In this document: piece after piece, positions 45,218-55,040 of the stretch
Layout of the letters: the number at the start of each line of letters is the position of its first letter
Numbering within the stretch: position 1 is the first letter of the stretch
Notes under the pieces: generated by a model
Database searches by the model: none
What the model was told of the DNA's origin: nothing
What the model saw: only the letters and a program-made list of their open reading frames with translations
Made by a program: the position numbers and the translations under genes
NCBI GenBank assembly: GCA_963745235.1
Contig: CAVUXE010000052.1
Coordinates: 128,001-192,000 of the forward strand
Direction of reading: 5' to 3'
Origin: an uncultured Spirochaetota bacterium
GTDB lineage: Bacteria; Spirochaetota; Spirochaetia; SZUA-6; Fen-1364
DNA: 64,000 bases

Positions 45218-46093
45218 ATGCCATCCGTCTCGGATGCGGTATCCGCCGCGTCTCAGGCAACAGGCCACGCCGCCGCGCAGCAGGCGGCACAGGCGGTGAC
45301 GGCTGCGACGCAGGCGGCCCCTCCGGCCGCCGCGGACGCGGTCACCTCGGCCTCCCACGCGGCGGCAGCCGCGGGAGGACCGCTGGCTGCCGTTTACTAC
45401 TTCATCATGGTCCCCATGGTCTACCTGGCCATCCTGGCGCTGCTGGTGGGAATGGTGTGGAGGATCGTCGTCATCCTGCGCTCCCCGGCGCAGTCGTACC
45501 CGCTGACCCTCTACCCGGCGGCCAGGTCCCGCGTGTTTGCCGCTTTCCGGGACGCTTTCGGGATGAGGCAGGTCCGCGAGCACAAGCCTTTCTTCTGGGT
45601 CTTCCTGGTGATCTTTCATGTCGCGTTCGTGCTTCTCATCCTGGCCCACCTGGACATCATCCCCGCCCTGCGGATGCTCCCGGCAGCCTCGAAGCACATG
45701 ATCGGCGCCGGCAGCGTCGGCGTGGCGCTGACTGTCTCCCTCATGTACTTCATCCTGCGGCGGTTTCGAAGCCCCGTGCGGGAAATATCCACGCCGGGGG
45801 ACTACCTGCTCCTGCTGCTCCTGCTGTTCCTTTTCCTGCTCGGAGACATGATCAGCTGGTCCAACTCCTGGGGCGCGCACGGCTTCGTCATGACCAAGAA
45901 GGATTTCGCGAGCTACTTCGACGGCCTGGCCCGGTTCACGTTCGCGGACCCGCGCGCCGTGCTCCATGGATCGCACTATCACTTCGTCGTGCTCCACGTC
46001 CTCCTGGCCAACGTCTTCTTCATCTCCTGCCGTTCACCAAGATCATGCACACCTTCTTCAGCGATTCCAATCAACCTGCTGCGGAGGAGATAG
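45218..46093 (+). CDS. NarI/DsrM/HmcE-like diheme b membrane cytochrome (compensating indels near the C-terminus)
   Basis: FHVAFVLLILAH, VREISTPGDY, HVLLA.. and alternative-frame LPFTKIMH give four His ligands; Ala-rich N-terminal extension. Confidence 0.85.
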   Translation: MPSVSDAVSAASQATGHAAAQQAAQAVTAATQAAPPAAADAVTSASHAAAAAGGPLAAVYYFIMVPMVYLAILALLVGMVWRIVVILRSPAQSYPLTLYPAARSRVFAAFRDAFGMRQVREHKPFFWVFLVIFHVAFVLLILAHLDIIPALRMLPAASKHMIGAGSVGVALTVSLMYFILRRFRSPVREISTPGDYLLLLLLLFLFLLGDMISWSNSWGAHGFVMTKKDFASYFDGLARFTFADPRAVLHGSHYHFVVLHVLLANVFFISCRSPRSCTPSSAIPINLLRRR

Positions 46094-46096
46094 AGT

Positions 46097-47348
46097 ATGG
46101 ACGCGGCAACAAGCACCAGGCTCAAGGGGCTCTTCGAAACGAAGCTCAACGGCGCAATGCGGCTGTACCTGGACACCTGCGCCCGCTGCGGGGTCTGCGT
46201 GGAGGCCTGTCACGTCTACGCATCCATGCCGCAGCTGCGGTATACCGCCGTGGGGCGTGCCGAGGTTATCCGCAAGATCTTCAAGCGCTACTTCAAGCTG
46301 CAGGGGAAAATTGCCCCCTGGCTCGGAGAGGTCCTCCCCATGGACGAGCAGACCCTGGCCGCCGTCAGCGATGCCGCGTGGTCGTGCACGGGCTGCCGGC
46401 GCTGCATGGCCTTCTGCCCGTTCGGCATCGACACGCAGATGATCATGTCCATCGCCAAGCTGCTGCTTATCGGCGCCGACAAGGAGCCCAAGCTCCTTAC
46501 CATGTTGTCGGACATGTCGATTGCGAAGGCAGAAGGGGCTGAAGAGACCAGGGCCAGCTTCGACCAGGCGGTCCTGAATCTCGCCCCCGAAATAGAGGCG
46601 ATCTGGCCGGCGTCTCCCCAGAGGCCCACCATCAGCGTCGGGGCCATGGGCGCAGACGTGCTGTACGTCGCCCTGGCCGGCAAGCATTCCATTGTCCCCG
46701 CCGCGGCCATCATGAACGCCGCCGGCGAGAAATGGACTTTGAGCCTATTCGAAGCAGTGAACTTCGCCGCGTTCCTGGGCGACCCCAAGAAGATGCAGAT
46801 CATCGCCCGGCGCATTCACGACGAGGCCATCCGGCTGAAGGTGAAGGAAGTGGTCATCGTGGAGTGCGGGACCGCCTTCCGGGTGATGAAGTACATGACC
46901 GGCTACCACCCGTTCAAGGTCTTCGCGTTTGTCGAGCTGATTGCGCGCTACGTGCGGGAAGGGCGCATCACGCTGGACCGCTCACGCCTTGCCGGGCAGG
47001 ATCACCTACCATGATCCCTGCCAGATCGCCAGAAACGGCGGGGTCATTGAAGAGCCTCGCCTGGTGATCCGTCAGCTGACGGACAACTTCGTCGAGCTGA
47101 CTCCCAACAGGGAGAACAACTGGTGCTGCGGAGGGGGCGGCGGGCTGGTCGCCATGGGGGAAAAGGAGTTCCGCATGAGGTCCGGCCGGGTCAAGGCGGA
47201 GCAGATGAAGGCGTCGGGAGCGGATGTGATCTGCACGGCGTGCGAGAACTGTCACACGCAGCTCACCGACCTCAACGAGCACTACGGCCTGGGGATGAAG
47301 GTCGAGTTCCTTTCCCGCCTGGTTGCGAACGCCCTCGGAAAGCCTTGA
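46097..47348 (+). CDS. DsrK/HmcF/TmcB-like Fe-S oxidoreductase with CCG domain (indel near 47000)
   Basis: CARCGVCVEAC, CTGCRRCMAFCPFGID, ECG; then in the next frame YHDPC..WCCGGGGG..CTACENC. Confidence 0.88.
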
Positions 47349-47369
47349 AACGCCTGTGCCCTTCTCTCC

Positions 47370-47858
47370 CTAGCGGGAGGGAAGGGCGCGCACCGCCGCG
47401 GCCAATCGGTCAATCGCGTCTGCCTGGATGGCCGAGATGTCGCGAGCCGGATGAACGAGGCTTCTCACGAGGATCCGGTCCAGCAGGGAAAGCTTCTCCA
47501 GGGACAGATTCCCTCCCATCAGCTCGCGCGCGAACGCGTGGGCGGAGAGCCACGGGGGAAAGGCCTCCTGAAGCTGCGCCATGCCGCGTTCGCCGGTGTA
47601 GAAGCTGCTGATGAACAGCCCTGCCTTTTTCGACAGGAGGCGTTCGCGTTCCTGCTCGCAGAAGCTTACGACCTGTCTCTGGATCTTTCCCCCGTATATG
47701 GAGCCGCCTATGAGAATGACGTCGAACTCTCCGAGTGATGGCCGACCACGCGCTCGCAGATCGTGAACAACCGTGTCGGCTGAGATTTTCCGCGCCAGGG
47801 CCCCCGCGCACGACTGCGTGGCGCCGTAGCGGCTGCGATAGGCGATCAGCACCTTCAC
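47370..47858 (-). CDS. flavodoxin-domain protein (HemG-like)
   Basis: LIAYRSRYGAT..A..FDVILIGGSIYGG. Confidence 0.85.
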   Translation of the reverse strand: MKVLIAYRSRYGATQSCAGALARKISADTVVHDLRARGRPSLGEFDVILIGGSIYGGKIQRQVVSFCEQERERLLSKKAGLFISSFYTGERGMAQLQEAFPPWLSAHAFARELMGGNLSLEKLSLLDRILVRSLVHPARDISAIQADAIDRLAAAVRALPSR

Positions 47859-48160
47859 TTCGGACCCCCCTTCCCGTCCCGAGCCGCCGCCGCGAGACTC
47901 TCTCTCACGTGATACAGGCGATTGCGCAGGTACAGCACGATGTCGATGCTCACCATGAGCGCATTCAGCGCATAGAGATAAATGACCAGGTCATAACGGT
48001 AGATGATCTTGTGAAGGATCCCGGCGACGTATCCGACCACGATGACCAGGAGGAAGGGCAGGCTCTTCCCGGCCACCTGCCGCGTCTTCCACGACTTGTA
48101 GATGGAGAATGGCCAGGCAGCGCCGAAGCACACAAGCATGATGATCTCGAAGATGCTCAT
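47855..48160 (-). CDS. PQ-loop/SemiSWEET-like 3-TM membrane protein
   Basis: FEIIMLVCFGAAWPFSIYKS..GKSLPF..GY..GI.HK..LY.LN. Confidence 0.7.
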   Translation of the reverse strand: MSIFEIIMLVCFGAAWPFSIYKSWKTRQVAGKSLPFLLVIVVGYVAGILHKIIYRYDLVIYLYALNALMVSIDIVLYLRNRLYHVRESLAAAARDGKGGPK

Positions 48161-48187
48161 TCAGGTGCCCCCGATAAGGAATGTATA

Positions 48188-48922
48188 CTACAGGTAGCCA
48201 AGCGACGCCATCGCTTTTTCAAGGGCGATACCCGCCGCGGAAGATGCAAGCGCGTCAGCGCTTCCGATCGCTGCTTCGATGGAGGGGTCATGGGGAACCT
48301 CGACGACGCGGGCAACCCCTGCCCTCCGCGCAAGGTCCCTTACCCGGCCGGCGTCTCCCTGCACCATGTTCGCTATGACCGCGGGCACGGAAACATGAAG
48401 CTCCCTCAGCACCGAGAGAAGCCTCTCCACCACGGAGACGGACACCACCGCCGGGGTTGAAACCACCAGCGCCTCCAGCCTCGGCACGAGCCGCGAAAGG
48501 TCCAAGATCTCCTCTCCCATTCCGGGAGGCATGTCTATGAGGAGCAGCTCCGCGGGGCCCCACATCGTGACCGCCAGAAGCTCCAGGATGGCGTCAGAAA
48601 CCTCGGCGCCCCGCAGAAGAAGGCCGCGTTCTCCGGTGAACGGGGCAACGCTCATCAACGACACGCCGTCCGCCACCGGCAGCGGCAGGATCCCGTGTTT
48701 CTCCTCGGGAAGACGAGGCCTGGTTCCAAGAAAAAGATGGGCCGAAGCTCCCTGCATGTCGAGGTCGAGAATTCCGACCCGTCGTCCGCCCCTGGCGAGG
48801 ACAAGAGCTGAAACGACAGTGCACATCGTCTTGCCCACCCCCCCCTTCGCGGATGAGAAGGCGATGACGCGCTGTATGCCTGCAAGCCTCTTTGCGACGA
48901 CAGCGGTTCGCGGATCGGTCAA
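48188..48922 (-). CDS. Mrp/MinD-family ATPase, probable ATPase-type HypB
   Basis: DPR..V..RL..AKGGVGKT, LDLD.QG, LRG.EVSDA.LELLAVT.WG, DMPPG; no C-terminal CxxC; TTGA overlap with the hypA stop. Confidence 0.8.
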   Translation of the reverse strand: MTDPRTAVVAKRLAGIQRVIAFSSAKGGVGKTMCTVVSALVLARGGRRVGILDLDMQGASAHLFLGTRPRLPEEKHGILPLPVADGVSLMSVAPFTGERGLLLRGAEVSDAILELLAVTMWGPAELLLIDMPPGMGEEILDLSRLVPRLEALVVSTPAVVSVSVVERLLSVLRELHVSVPAVIANMVQGDAGRVRDLARRAGVARVVEVPHDPSIEAAIGSADALASSAAGIALEKAMASLGYL

Positions 48923-49338
48923 ACGCACCCTTCCCTGTTGACTACTTCCAGGCTGGTGATGCTCACGCCCCTGCCCTTTTTCAGCCGGTAGTCGGGACTT
49001 CCACACGCCGGGCAGCGGATGAACGCGTGAGCGGATTCAGGAAGAAAGTGGATTGCCTCGCGCTCCTCATCCGTGAGCCCGCGACTCTCCTCCAGGTCCC
49101 ATTCCCTCTGGCATTTTTCGCACCCAAAGGTCGCTTTCTCCGTCTCCAGGTGGAAAATGCCTCGGGAATACGGCCTCTCCGAAAGGAGGGTCTCCAGCGC
49201 AAAGGAAAAGATCTCCCTGTCGATTGCCTGCAGCTCGCCGATGAGGACAGTCACGCCTCGAAGGCAGGACGGGTCCCTGCTGCCCATGGCGGCCGCCGTC
49301 GCCTCCACCACGGCGTCCGCGAGAGCCCATTCGTGCAC
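48919..49338 (-). CDS. hypA: hydrogenase nickel incorporation protein HypA
   Basis: GTG start giving MHEWALADA; GELQ, CEKC, IHFLPE..HAF..CPACGS. Confidence 0.93.
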   Translation of the reverse strand: MHEWALADAVVEATAAAMGSRDPSCLRGVTVLIGELQAIDREIFSFALETLLSERPYSRGIFHLETEKATFGCEKCQREWDLEESRGLTDEEREAIHFLPESAHAFIRCPACGSPDYRLKKGRGVSITSLEVVNREGCV

Positions 49339-49339
49339 C

Positions 49340-49645
49340 CTAGAGCCTCGAGATGAGGTCCCTGACCCAGGGATCAACGACGGAGTAGATCCGCCGGTTT
49401 CCTTCCACCCGGGAAGAAACGATATGTTCGCGCTTGAGCACCGCCAGGTGCTGCGAGACCACGGGCTGGGATTCTTCTACGCAGTGCCAGAGGTCCGAGA
49501 CGCAGGGTTCGCTGCGCTCGATGGCGCAGAGAAGCTTCAGGCGAATGGGGTGGCCGCAGACCTTCAGCTTGCGGGCGATTGACGGCATTGACCGCCGCAG
49601 GTCCATGCGGATGATGTCCTTGTCCAGAAGCTTGTTTTTTTCCAT
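49340..49645 (-). CDS. ArsR/SmtB-family transcriptional regulator
   Basis: LKVCGHPIRLKLLC..CVSDL..SQPVVSQHLAVLK..R.EG..R.Y. Confidence 0.9.
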   Translation of the reverse strand: MEKNKLLDKDIIRMDLRRSMPSIARKLKVCGHPIRLKLLCAIERSEPCVSDLWHCVEESQPVVSQHLAVLKREHIVSSRVEGNRRIYSVVDPWVRDLISRL

Positions 49646-49667
49646 TGTGTTCGGTATGTTCCAGTCA

Positions 49668-49696
49668 ATTCTACTGAGAGGAGCGAATCATTTCAA
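49668..49696 (-). promoter_or_regulatory. sigma70 promoter of the arsR-hypA operon
   Basis: TTGAAA-N17-TAGAAT on the minus strand. Confidence 0.6.
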
Positions 49697-49698
49697 GG

Positions 49699-50946
49699 AT
49701 GAATCGGGTGTACCTCGACTGGGCGGCTTCCGCGCCCCCGGAGCAGGCAGCCATCCAGGAGGCCGCGGAGGTGTCCCTGCAGTGTTTTGGAAATCCTTCC
49801 TCCCCTCATGCCGCGGGAAAGGAAGCCGCGGAACGCCTGGAGAACGCGCGCGCACGGCTGGCGCGGCTGATCGACGCCTCGGCCGCGGAGATCGTGTTCA
49901 CCTCGGGGGGGACCGAATCCAACACATCGCTCCTGCTCTCCGTTCTCGACCGCTATCGCCTGGGTGGCGTTGAGCGGCGAAAAGCGCGCGTGATCACAAC
50001 TGCCGTCGAGCACGCATCCATCCACGACCAGGCCCTCGCCCTGGAGGCGTTGGGGATGACCTGCACGGTGGTAAAGCCCCAGCCGAACGGAATCGTTGAC
50101 CCGCAGGCAATTGCGGATGCCCTTGATGCTGAGACCGTGCTGGTTTCCGTGATGCTCGTCAACAATGAGACGGGCGCCATCCAGAGAATCGCGGAAATAT
50201 CCCGCCTCATTCGAGAGTTCTCCGCGCGCCGCGGCAGGAGGATCATCCTGCACACGGACGCGGTCCAGGCCTTGGGCAAGATCCCCGTTTCCGTCGCGGG
50301 CCTCGGAGTGGATGCCGCGTCTTTCAGCGCTCACAAGGTGGGCGGGCCCCGCGGGATAGGTGCGCTCTACCTGAAAGCGGGTGTGGCCCCCGGCTTCCTT
50401 TCCATTGGCGGCGGACAGGAGTCGGGGCGGCGCCCCGGCACGGAGAATGTCCCCGGCGCCTGCGCCTTTGCCAAAGCTGCCGAGCAAAGAGCCGCGAAGC
50501 TGACGGACAACCACGCCTGTGCAGCCGCGCTGGCGGACCGTCTTGTGACGGGCCTGAAGGAGATACGAGCGTCCCGCATCTTTCCGGAAAGCCGAACCGG
50601 CAGGGACTCCGAGGCTTTTTCCCCGTACATCGTCTCCGCGGGGTTCCCCCCCCTCACCGGGGAGATCGTGGTGCGGGTCTCGGACGCCCAGGGGTTCTGC
50701 ATTGCCACCGGGTCGGCATGCTCCACGAAGAAGAAGGACCACACCAGGGTGCTGGAAAGCATGGGGATGGATCACCAGACGGCGCTTTCGGCCATCAGGA
50801 TCTCCATCGGCCCTTCCACCATCGAGACAGAGATCGACGGCTTCCTTGCCATGCTCACGGAGCAGGTTCCGCCGCTCCTCTCCATCTCCCAGGGGCTTGG
50901 CGAAAGCCATAAGGCTCGCGACGAGCGCGCCGGGGCGCGCGGATGA
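49699..50946 (+). CDS. cysteine desulfurase (IscS/NifS/NifZ type)
   Basis: YLDWAAS, GNPSS.H, FTSGGTE, VNNETG, HTDAVQ, SAHK, ATGSACS. Confidence 0.95.
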   Translation: MNRVYLDWAASAPPEQAAIQEAAEVSLQCFGNPSSPHAAGKEAAERLENARARLARLIDASAAEIVFTSGGTESNTSLLLSVLDRYRLGGVERRKARVITTAVEHASIHDQALALEALGMTCTVVKPQPNGIVDPQAIADALDAETVLVSVMLVNNETGAIQRIAEISRLIREFSARRGRRIILHTDAVQALGKIPVSVAGLGVDAASFSAHKVGGPRGIGALYLKAGVAPGFLSIGGGQESGRRPGTENVPGACAFAKAAEQRAAKLTDNHACAAALADRLVTGLKEIRASRIFPESRTGRDSEAFSPYIVSAGFPPLTGEIVVRVSDAQGFCIATGSACSTKKKDHTRVLESMGMDHQTALSAIRISIGPSTIETEIDGFLAMLTEQVPPLLSISQGLGESHKARDERAGARG

Positions 50947-52119
50947 GCGAGCCCCGCCGGCAGACAGACGGCCTGTTCCTGATCAAGTACGGTGAGATAG
51001 CGCTGAAGAGGCGAAACCGCGGGGCATTTGTGAAAAGCCTCAAGGACTCCATTCGCGCCCACCTGCCGGACCTTCCATTCTCCGTGCATGAGACGTTTCA
51101 CCGGGTCTTTGTCGGGTTCCGCCCGGAGGACAAGGATCGGATTGCCGAAGCTCTTGGCCGCACCTTTGGCGTCGTCTCTTTCTGCGAAGCGCTGCGCGCT
51201 CCCCGGGAAATGCCCGCAATAGAGGAAGCAGCCATCGGTCTGGCCGGCCGCCTCATTCGAGACGGGAACCAGGTTCAAGGCCGAGGTGAGGAGGGCGGAC
51301 AAGTCCTTCCCGCTCACATCGTACGAGATAGCGTGCAGGATCGGTGACACGCTGCGCGCTCGCTTCCCCGGGTTGACCGTGGACGTGCATACCCCTGATT
51401 GGGTATTGTCCATAGAAATCCGCGAGCATGCGTACCTGTATGGGCCAGAGCTCCCCGGACCATACGGCCTGCCGGTGGGCAGCTCGGGGAAGGGAATGCT
51501 CCTTCTGTCAGGCGGAATCGATTCGCCGGTGGCCGGATGGATGATGGCGAAGCGAGGGATGTCACTGGAGGCCGTCTACTTCCATTCCCCCCCGTTCACC
51601 TCGGAAAAGGCCCGGGAGAAGGTTGAGATGCTTGCGCGGATACTTTCCCGCTATGCCCCGGGCATCGTCCTGCACGTGGTGAACTTCACGCCCGTGCTTG
51701 CGCGCATCAAGGAAAAGGCGAAGGACGAGGAGGTCACTCTGCTGCTGCGGGCGTGCATGATGCGCTTCGCGACGCTGCTTGCGGAGCGCCGGGGCGCAGA
51801 GTGTCTGATAACGGGTGAGAGCCTGGGCCAGGTCGCAAGCCAGACGGTCGAAAGCATCCATTTCACGGGAATGCTGTCTGACCTGCCGGTGTTCCGGCCC
51901 CTGATCGGAATGAACAAGGAAGAGATCATTGCCGTTGCGAGGAAGATAGAAACGTTCGACACGTCCAACCTTCCCTACCAGGACTGCTGCGTTCTTTTCT
52001 CCCCTGAGCACCCGCTGATTCACCCGGAGGTCCGCCGGATGAAACGCGCGTACGATTGCCTCGTGGCTGAGGCGCTCATCGTGGACGCTCTGGAGAAGGC
52101 GGAGCTCGTTTCGGTGTGA
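50943..52119 (+). CDS. thiI: tRNA 4-thiouridine synthase ThiI without rhodanese domain (indel near 51270)
   Basis: IKYGEIALK..NR; THUMP domain; LLSGGIDSPVA; TGESLGQVASQT; RPLIG..KEEI; DCC. Confidence 0.93.
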
Positions 52120-52164
52120 GGCTGATGAGAGCATGACCAGAGCAGTCTGATCACGACGGCGCGC

Positions 52165-52482
52165 TTACTTTTCCGAGGTCTTTCCGCCAGCGGGCTCTTT
52201 CGGCTTCTCCGAAGTCTTTTCAGACGCCCTTTCCGCGGGCTTGTCCTTTTCCCTGCCCGGTTCCTTGCTCGAGCCGCCGTTTCCGCCGCCAGTCAACGCT
52301 GAGCTCTTCTTGTAGTCGGTCGTGTAAAACCCGCTGCCCTTGAAGATCACTCCCATGCCGCCGCTGATGGTGCGGCGCACCCGGCTGTTGCACTTGGGAC
52401 AACGCGTGAGCGGCTCGTCCTTGATGCTCTGGAAAGCCTCAAAAGTATGGCCTTTGGTGCACACATACTCGTACGTCGGCAT
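52165..52482 (-). CDS. FmdB-family zinc-ribbon protein
   Basis: MPTYEYVC..GH.FE..Q..CPKC..IFKGSGFYTTDY. Confidence 0.9.
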   Translation of the reverse strand: MPTYEYVCTKGHTFEAFQSIKDEPLTRCPKCNSRVRRTISGGMGVIFKGSGFYTTDYKKSSALTGGGNGGSSKEPGREKDKPAERASEKTSEKPKEPAGGKTSEK

Positions 52483-52630
52483 ATTGCTCCTGACTCCTGA
52501 ACATGGCAGATCTGCGCTCATTCACTGAATGCAGTGATTCTTTTGTAAGAATATAGCAACTCACGACCGATGGGGCAACGGGGGATGGGAGCGCCCCTGA
52601 GGCCGGCGGTGCCGCGGGCACCAGGCCTCC

Positions 52631-53398
52631 TCAGGTGACGCGAACGGGCAGCCCGTTTTGCCGCAGGTAGCTTTTGATCTGCTCGATGGTCCAGTCACCG
52701 TAGTGCACCATGGAGGCGATGAGAGCCGCATCAGCGCGACCCTCCTCGAACACCGCCAGGAGGTGCTCCGGCCTGCCCGCGCCCCCGGAGGCGACCACGG
52801 GGATTCCTACTCCCTCCGAGACGATGCGGGTCAGGGGGATCTCATAGCCGTCCCGGGTCCCATCCGCATCTATGGAGTTGAGAACAATCTCCCCAGCTCC
52901 GAGTGCTTCCGCTTTTCGCGCCCACTCCAGCGCGTCCAGGTCGGTCGGCGTTCGTCCGCCATCTATGACGACCCGGTAGCCGGAGGGCATTGCCGGATCA
53001 CGGCGGGCATCCATGCCGAGCACGACGCATTGGCTGCCGAAAAGGGAGGCCCCGTCAGAGATGATGCGGGGAGCGCGCACCGCGGCGGAGTTCACGCTGA
53101 CCTTCTCTGCCCCCGCTAGTAGCACCTCGCGCATCTCTTCCCGGGAAGAGATGCCGCCGCCGACCGAGAAGGGGATGAACACCTGCTCTGCCACGCGGCG
53201 CACCGTATCGATGCGGATTTTCCTTCGCTCCGCTGACGCGGTGATGTCGTAGAACACAAGCTCGTCGACCCCATCCTCGTAGTAATGCCTCGCCATCTCC
53301 ACCGGGTCACCGACGTCCACGTTGTCCCTGAACCTGATTCCCTTCGTCGTCCTTCCGTCCTTGACGTCCAGGCACACGACAACCCTTTTTTCAAGCAT
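52631..53398 (-). CDS. hisF: imidazole glycerol phosphate synthase cyclase subunit
   Basis: [47 protein letters not shown]. Confidence 0.97.
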   Translation of the reverse strand: MLEKRVVVCLDVKDGRTTKGIRFRDNVDVGDPVEMARHYYEDGVDELVFYDITASAERRKIRIDTVRRVAEQVFIPFSVGGGISSREEMREVLLAGAEKVSVNSAAVRAPRIISDGASLFGSQCVVLGMDARRDPAMPSGYRVVIDGGRTPTDLDALEWARKAEALGAGEIVLNSIDADGTRDGYEIPLTRIVSEGVGIPVVASGGAGRPEHLLAVFEEGRADAALIASMVHYGDWTIEQIKSYLRQNGLPVRVT

Positions 53399-54041
53399 TG
53401 CCGGCGCCTCGTGCGTCCCAGCATCCATCCCACGCAAGGAAGTTCGAGATGAGACGGAGCCCGACGGGCCCTGACTTCTCCGGGTGGAACTGGACGGCAA
53501 CGACATTGCGGGAGGCGACCGCGGAAACGAAGGTCTCCCCGTATTCGGTCTCACCGGCAGCAAGCGCGGGATCCGCCGGTACAGGATAGTAGGAGTGTAT
53601 GAAGTAGAAGGAGGAGCCCTGCGGCAACCCGTCAAACACGGGGTGAGGGATGGTGAAATGGACGGCGTTCCATCCCATGTGGGGGACCTTGAGGCCGCTT
53701 GAGCGCGCGAAGCGCCTCACGTCCCCGGGGAGCAGACCCAGGCAGGGGGTGTCCCGCTCCTCGGAGTGGCTGAAGATAACCTGGCAGCCGATGCAGATGC
53801 CCAGCATCTTCCTGCCGGAAGCGTAAAAGGACGTGAGCGCCTCATCCAGCCCTGTGCGGCGAAGCTCTCCCATGGAGGCCGCGGCCTCTCCGTCTCCCGG
53901 AAAGATCAGCGTGGAGGCGGCTTCAACATCCGCGGGGCGCGAGGTGACGATGAAATCCGCGCCGAAGTGGCGAAGAACGTTCTGCACGCTGGAAAGGTTG
54001 CCCGCGCCGTAGTCAAGGACCGCGATCTTGTCTTTTCCCAT
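53391..54041 (-). CDS. hisH: imidazole glycerol phosphate synthase glutaminase subunit
   Basis: [36 protein letters not shown]. Confidence 0.97.
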   Translation of the reverse strand: MGKDKIAVLDYGAGNLSSVQNVLRHFGADFIVTSRPADVEAASTLIFPGDGEAAASMGELRRTGLDEALTSFYASGRKMLGICIGCQVIFSHSEERDTPCLGLLPGDVRRFARSSGLKVPHMGWNAVHFTIPHPVFDGLPQGSSFYFIHSYYPVPADPALAAGETEYGETFVSAVASRNVVAVQFHPEKSGPVGLRLISNFLAWDGCWDARGAGNA

Positions 54042-55040
54042 TCAGTTGCCCTGGTTTGTCGCCGGCTGGGCGGTTGCGTCCGTCCCTGTGGGCGGCGCGC
54101 CGACAGGTGGCGCCTCCGCGCCGGCCGGCGGCCCGTTGAGAAGAGTGAGGATCAGCGGCATGATTTCCGCGTCACTCACCGCGACGCCCTTCAGCCTGAC
54201 ACTGGTCCCGTCCGGGGCCACTGAGATTGTCTTCAGCCGCTGTGCCGCGTTCGACACATTATTGGACTTCATCCATGTGACAATGCCGATCCGCAGGATG
54301 AGCGAGAGCACCTGGGCCTGCTTCTCCGTGTCTGTATTCATGGTGGCGCTGAGCTCATAGCCGTCCGCGGTTTTCATCGCATCCACCCAGACTTCGCGGA
54401 TGGGAAGGCGCGGACGATCGTCCGACTCCGCGGCCGCTGGCTGATCCCCGGCTGCCTCCCCGATTCCTCCCGGCAGCTGCGGCATGTACAACACGATATC
54501 AGTCCTGGTCATGTCACTGGCGACTTCGGGAGGAATGGGCAGAGGGATTGGCGTCTTGTACCGGGAGAGGAGAGTCTGCATGTCTCCATTTGCCGCGAGG
54601 AGCACCCCCCCGCTGGGGAGACTGAGCTGGAGGTTCGCCTTGTTCCACAGGTAGAAGCTGCCGTCGGACCCTGACACCTGCTTCCATTCCTTCTTCCCGG
54701 AAAGGCTCATGCCGATGAGAACCGTGGGATACGACCCCAGCGCAACCGCCGCGAAACGCAGGGGCGCGCCTTTCTCCATTTTCACGGAGACCAGGAAGCG
54801 CTTCGTCATTCCCGAAAGCGTGGCGACATCGTTGTAGCCGGGGCCGCCCTCCTTCAAAGTCTTGCGAATGAGGTCAGCGGACGGCGGCACGGAGACCGAG
54901 ACGTACATGGTTGCGTCCCCGGGGAGCACGCCCATCCACTCCACCGGAGACCGCTGAGGAGGAGCCGAGGCGCACGAGGAGAGCAGGAGGAGCGCGCCGC
55001 ACCAGCAGAGCCAGCGGGTGAGTCTCCCGAAGGATCTCAC
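54042..55040 (-). CDS. hypothetical lipoprotein
   Basis: GTG start overlapping the ileS stop; lipobox LLLSSC after a hydrophobic stretch. Confidence 0.75.
   Translation of the reverse strand: MRSFGRLTRWLCWCGALLLLSSCASAPPQRSPVEWMGVLPGDATMYVSVSVPPSADLIRKTLKEGGPGYNDVATLSGMTKRFLVSVKMEKGAPLRFAAVALGSYPTVLIGMSLSGKKEWKQVSGSDGSFYLWNKANLQLSLPSGGVLLAANGDMQTLLSRYKTPIPLPIPPEVASDMTRTDIVLYMPQLPGGIGEAAGDQPAAAESDDRPRLPIREVWVDAMKTADGYELSATMNTDTEKQAQVLSLILRIGIVTWMKSNNVSNAAQRLKTISVAPDGTSVRLKGVAVSDAEIMPLILTLLNGPPAGAEAPPVGAPPTGTDATAQPATNQGN

Noticed and set aside
45218-47348. Calling the pair a respiratory nitrate reductase or proof of sulfate reduction
   Set aside because: No molybdopterin subunit and no dsrAB or dsrC in the window; only the NarI-like and CCG folds are supported.
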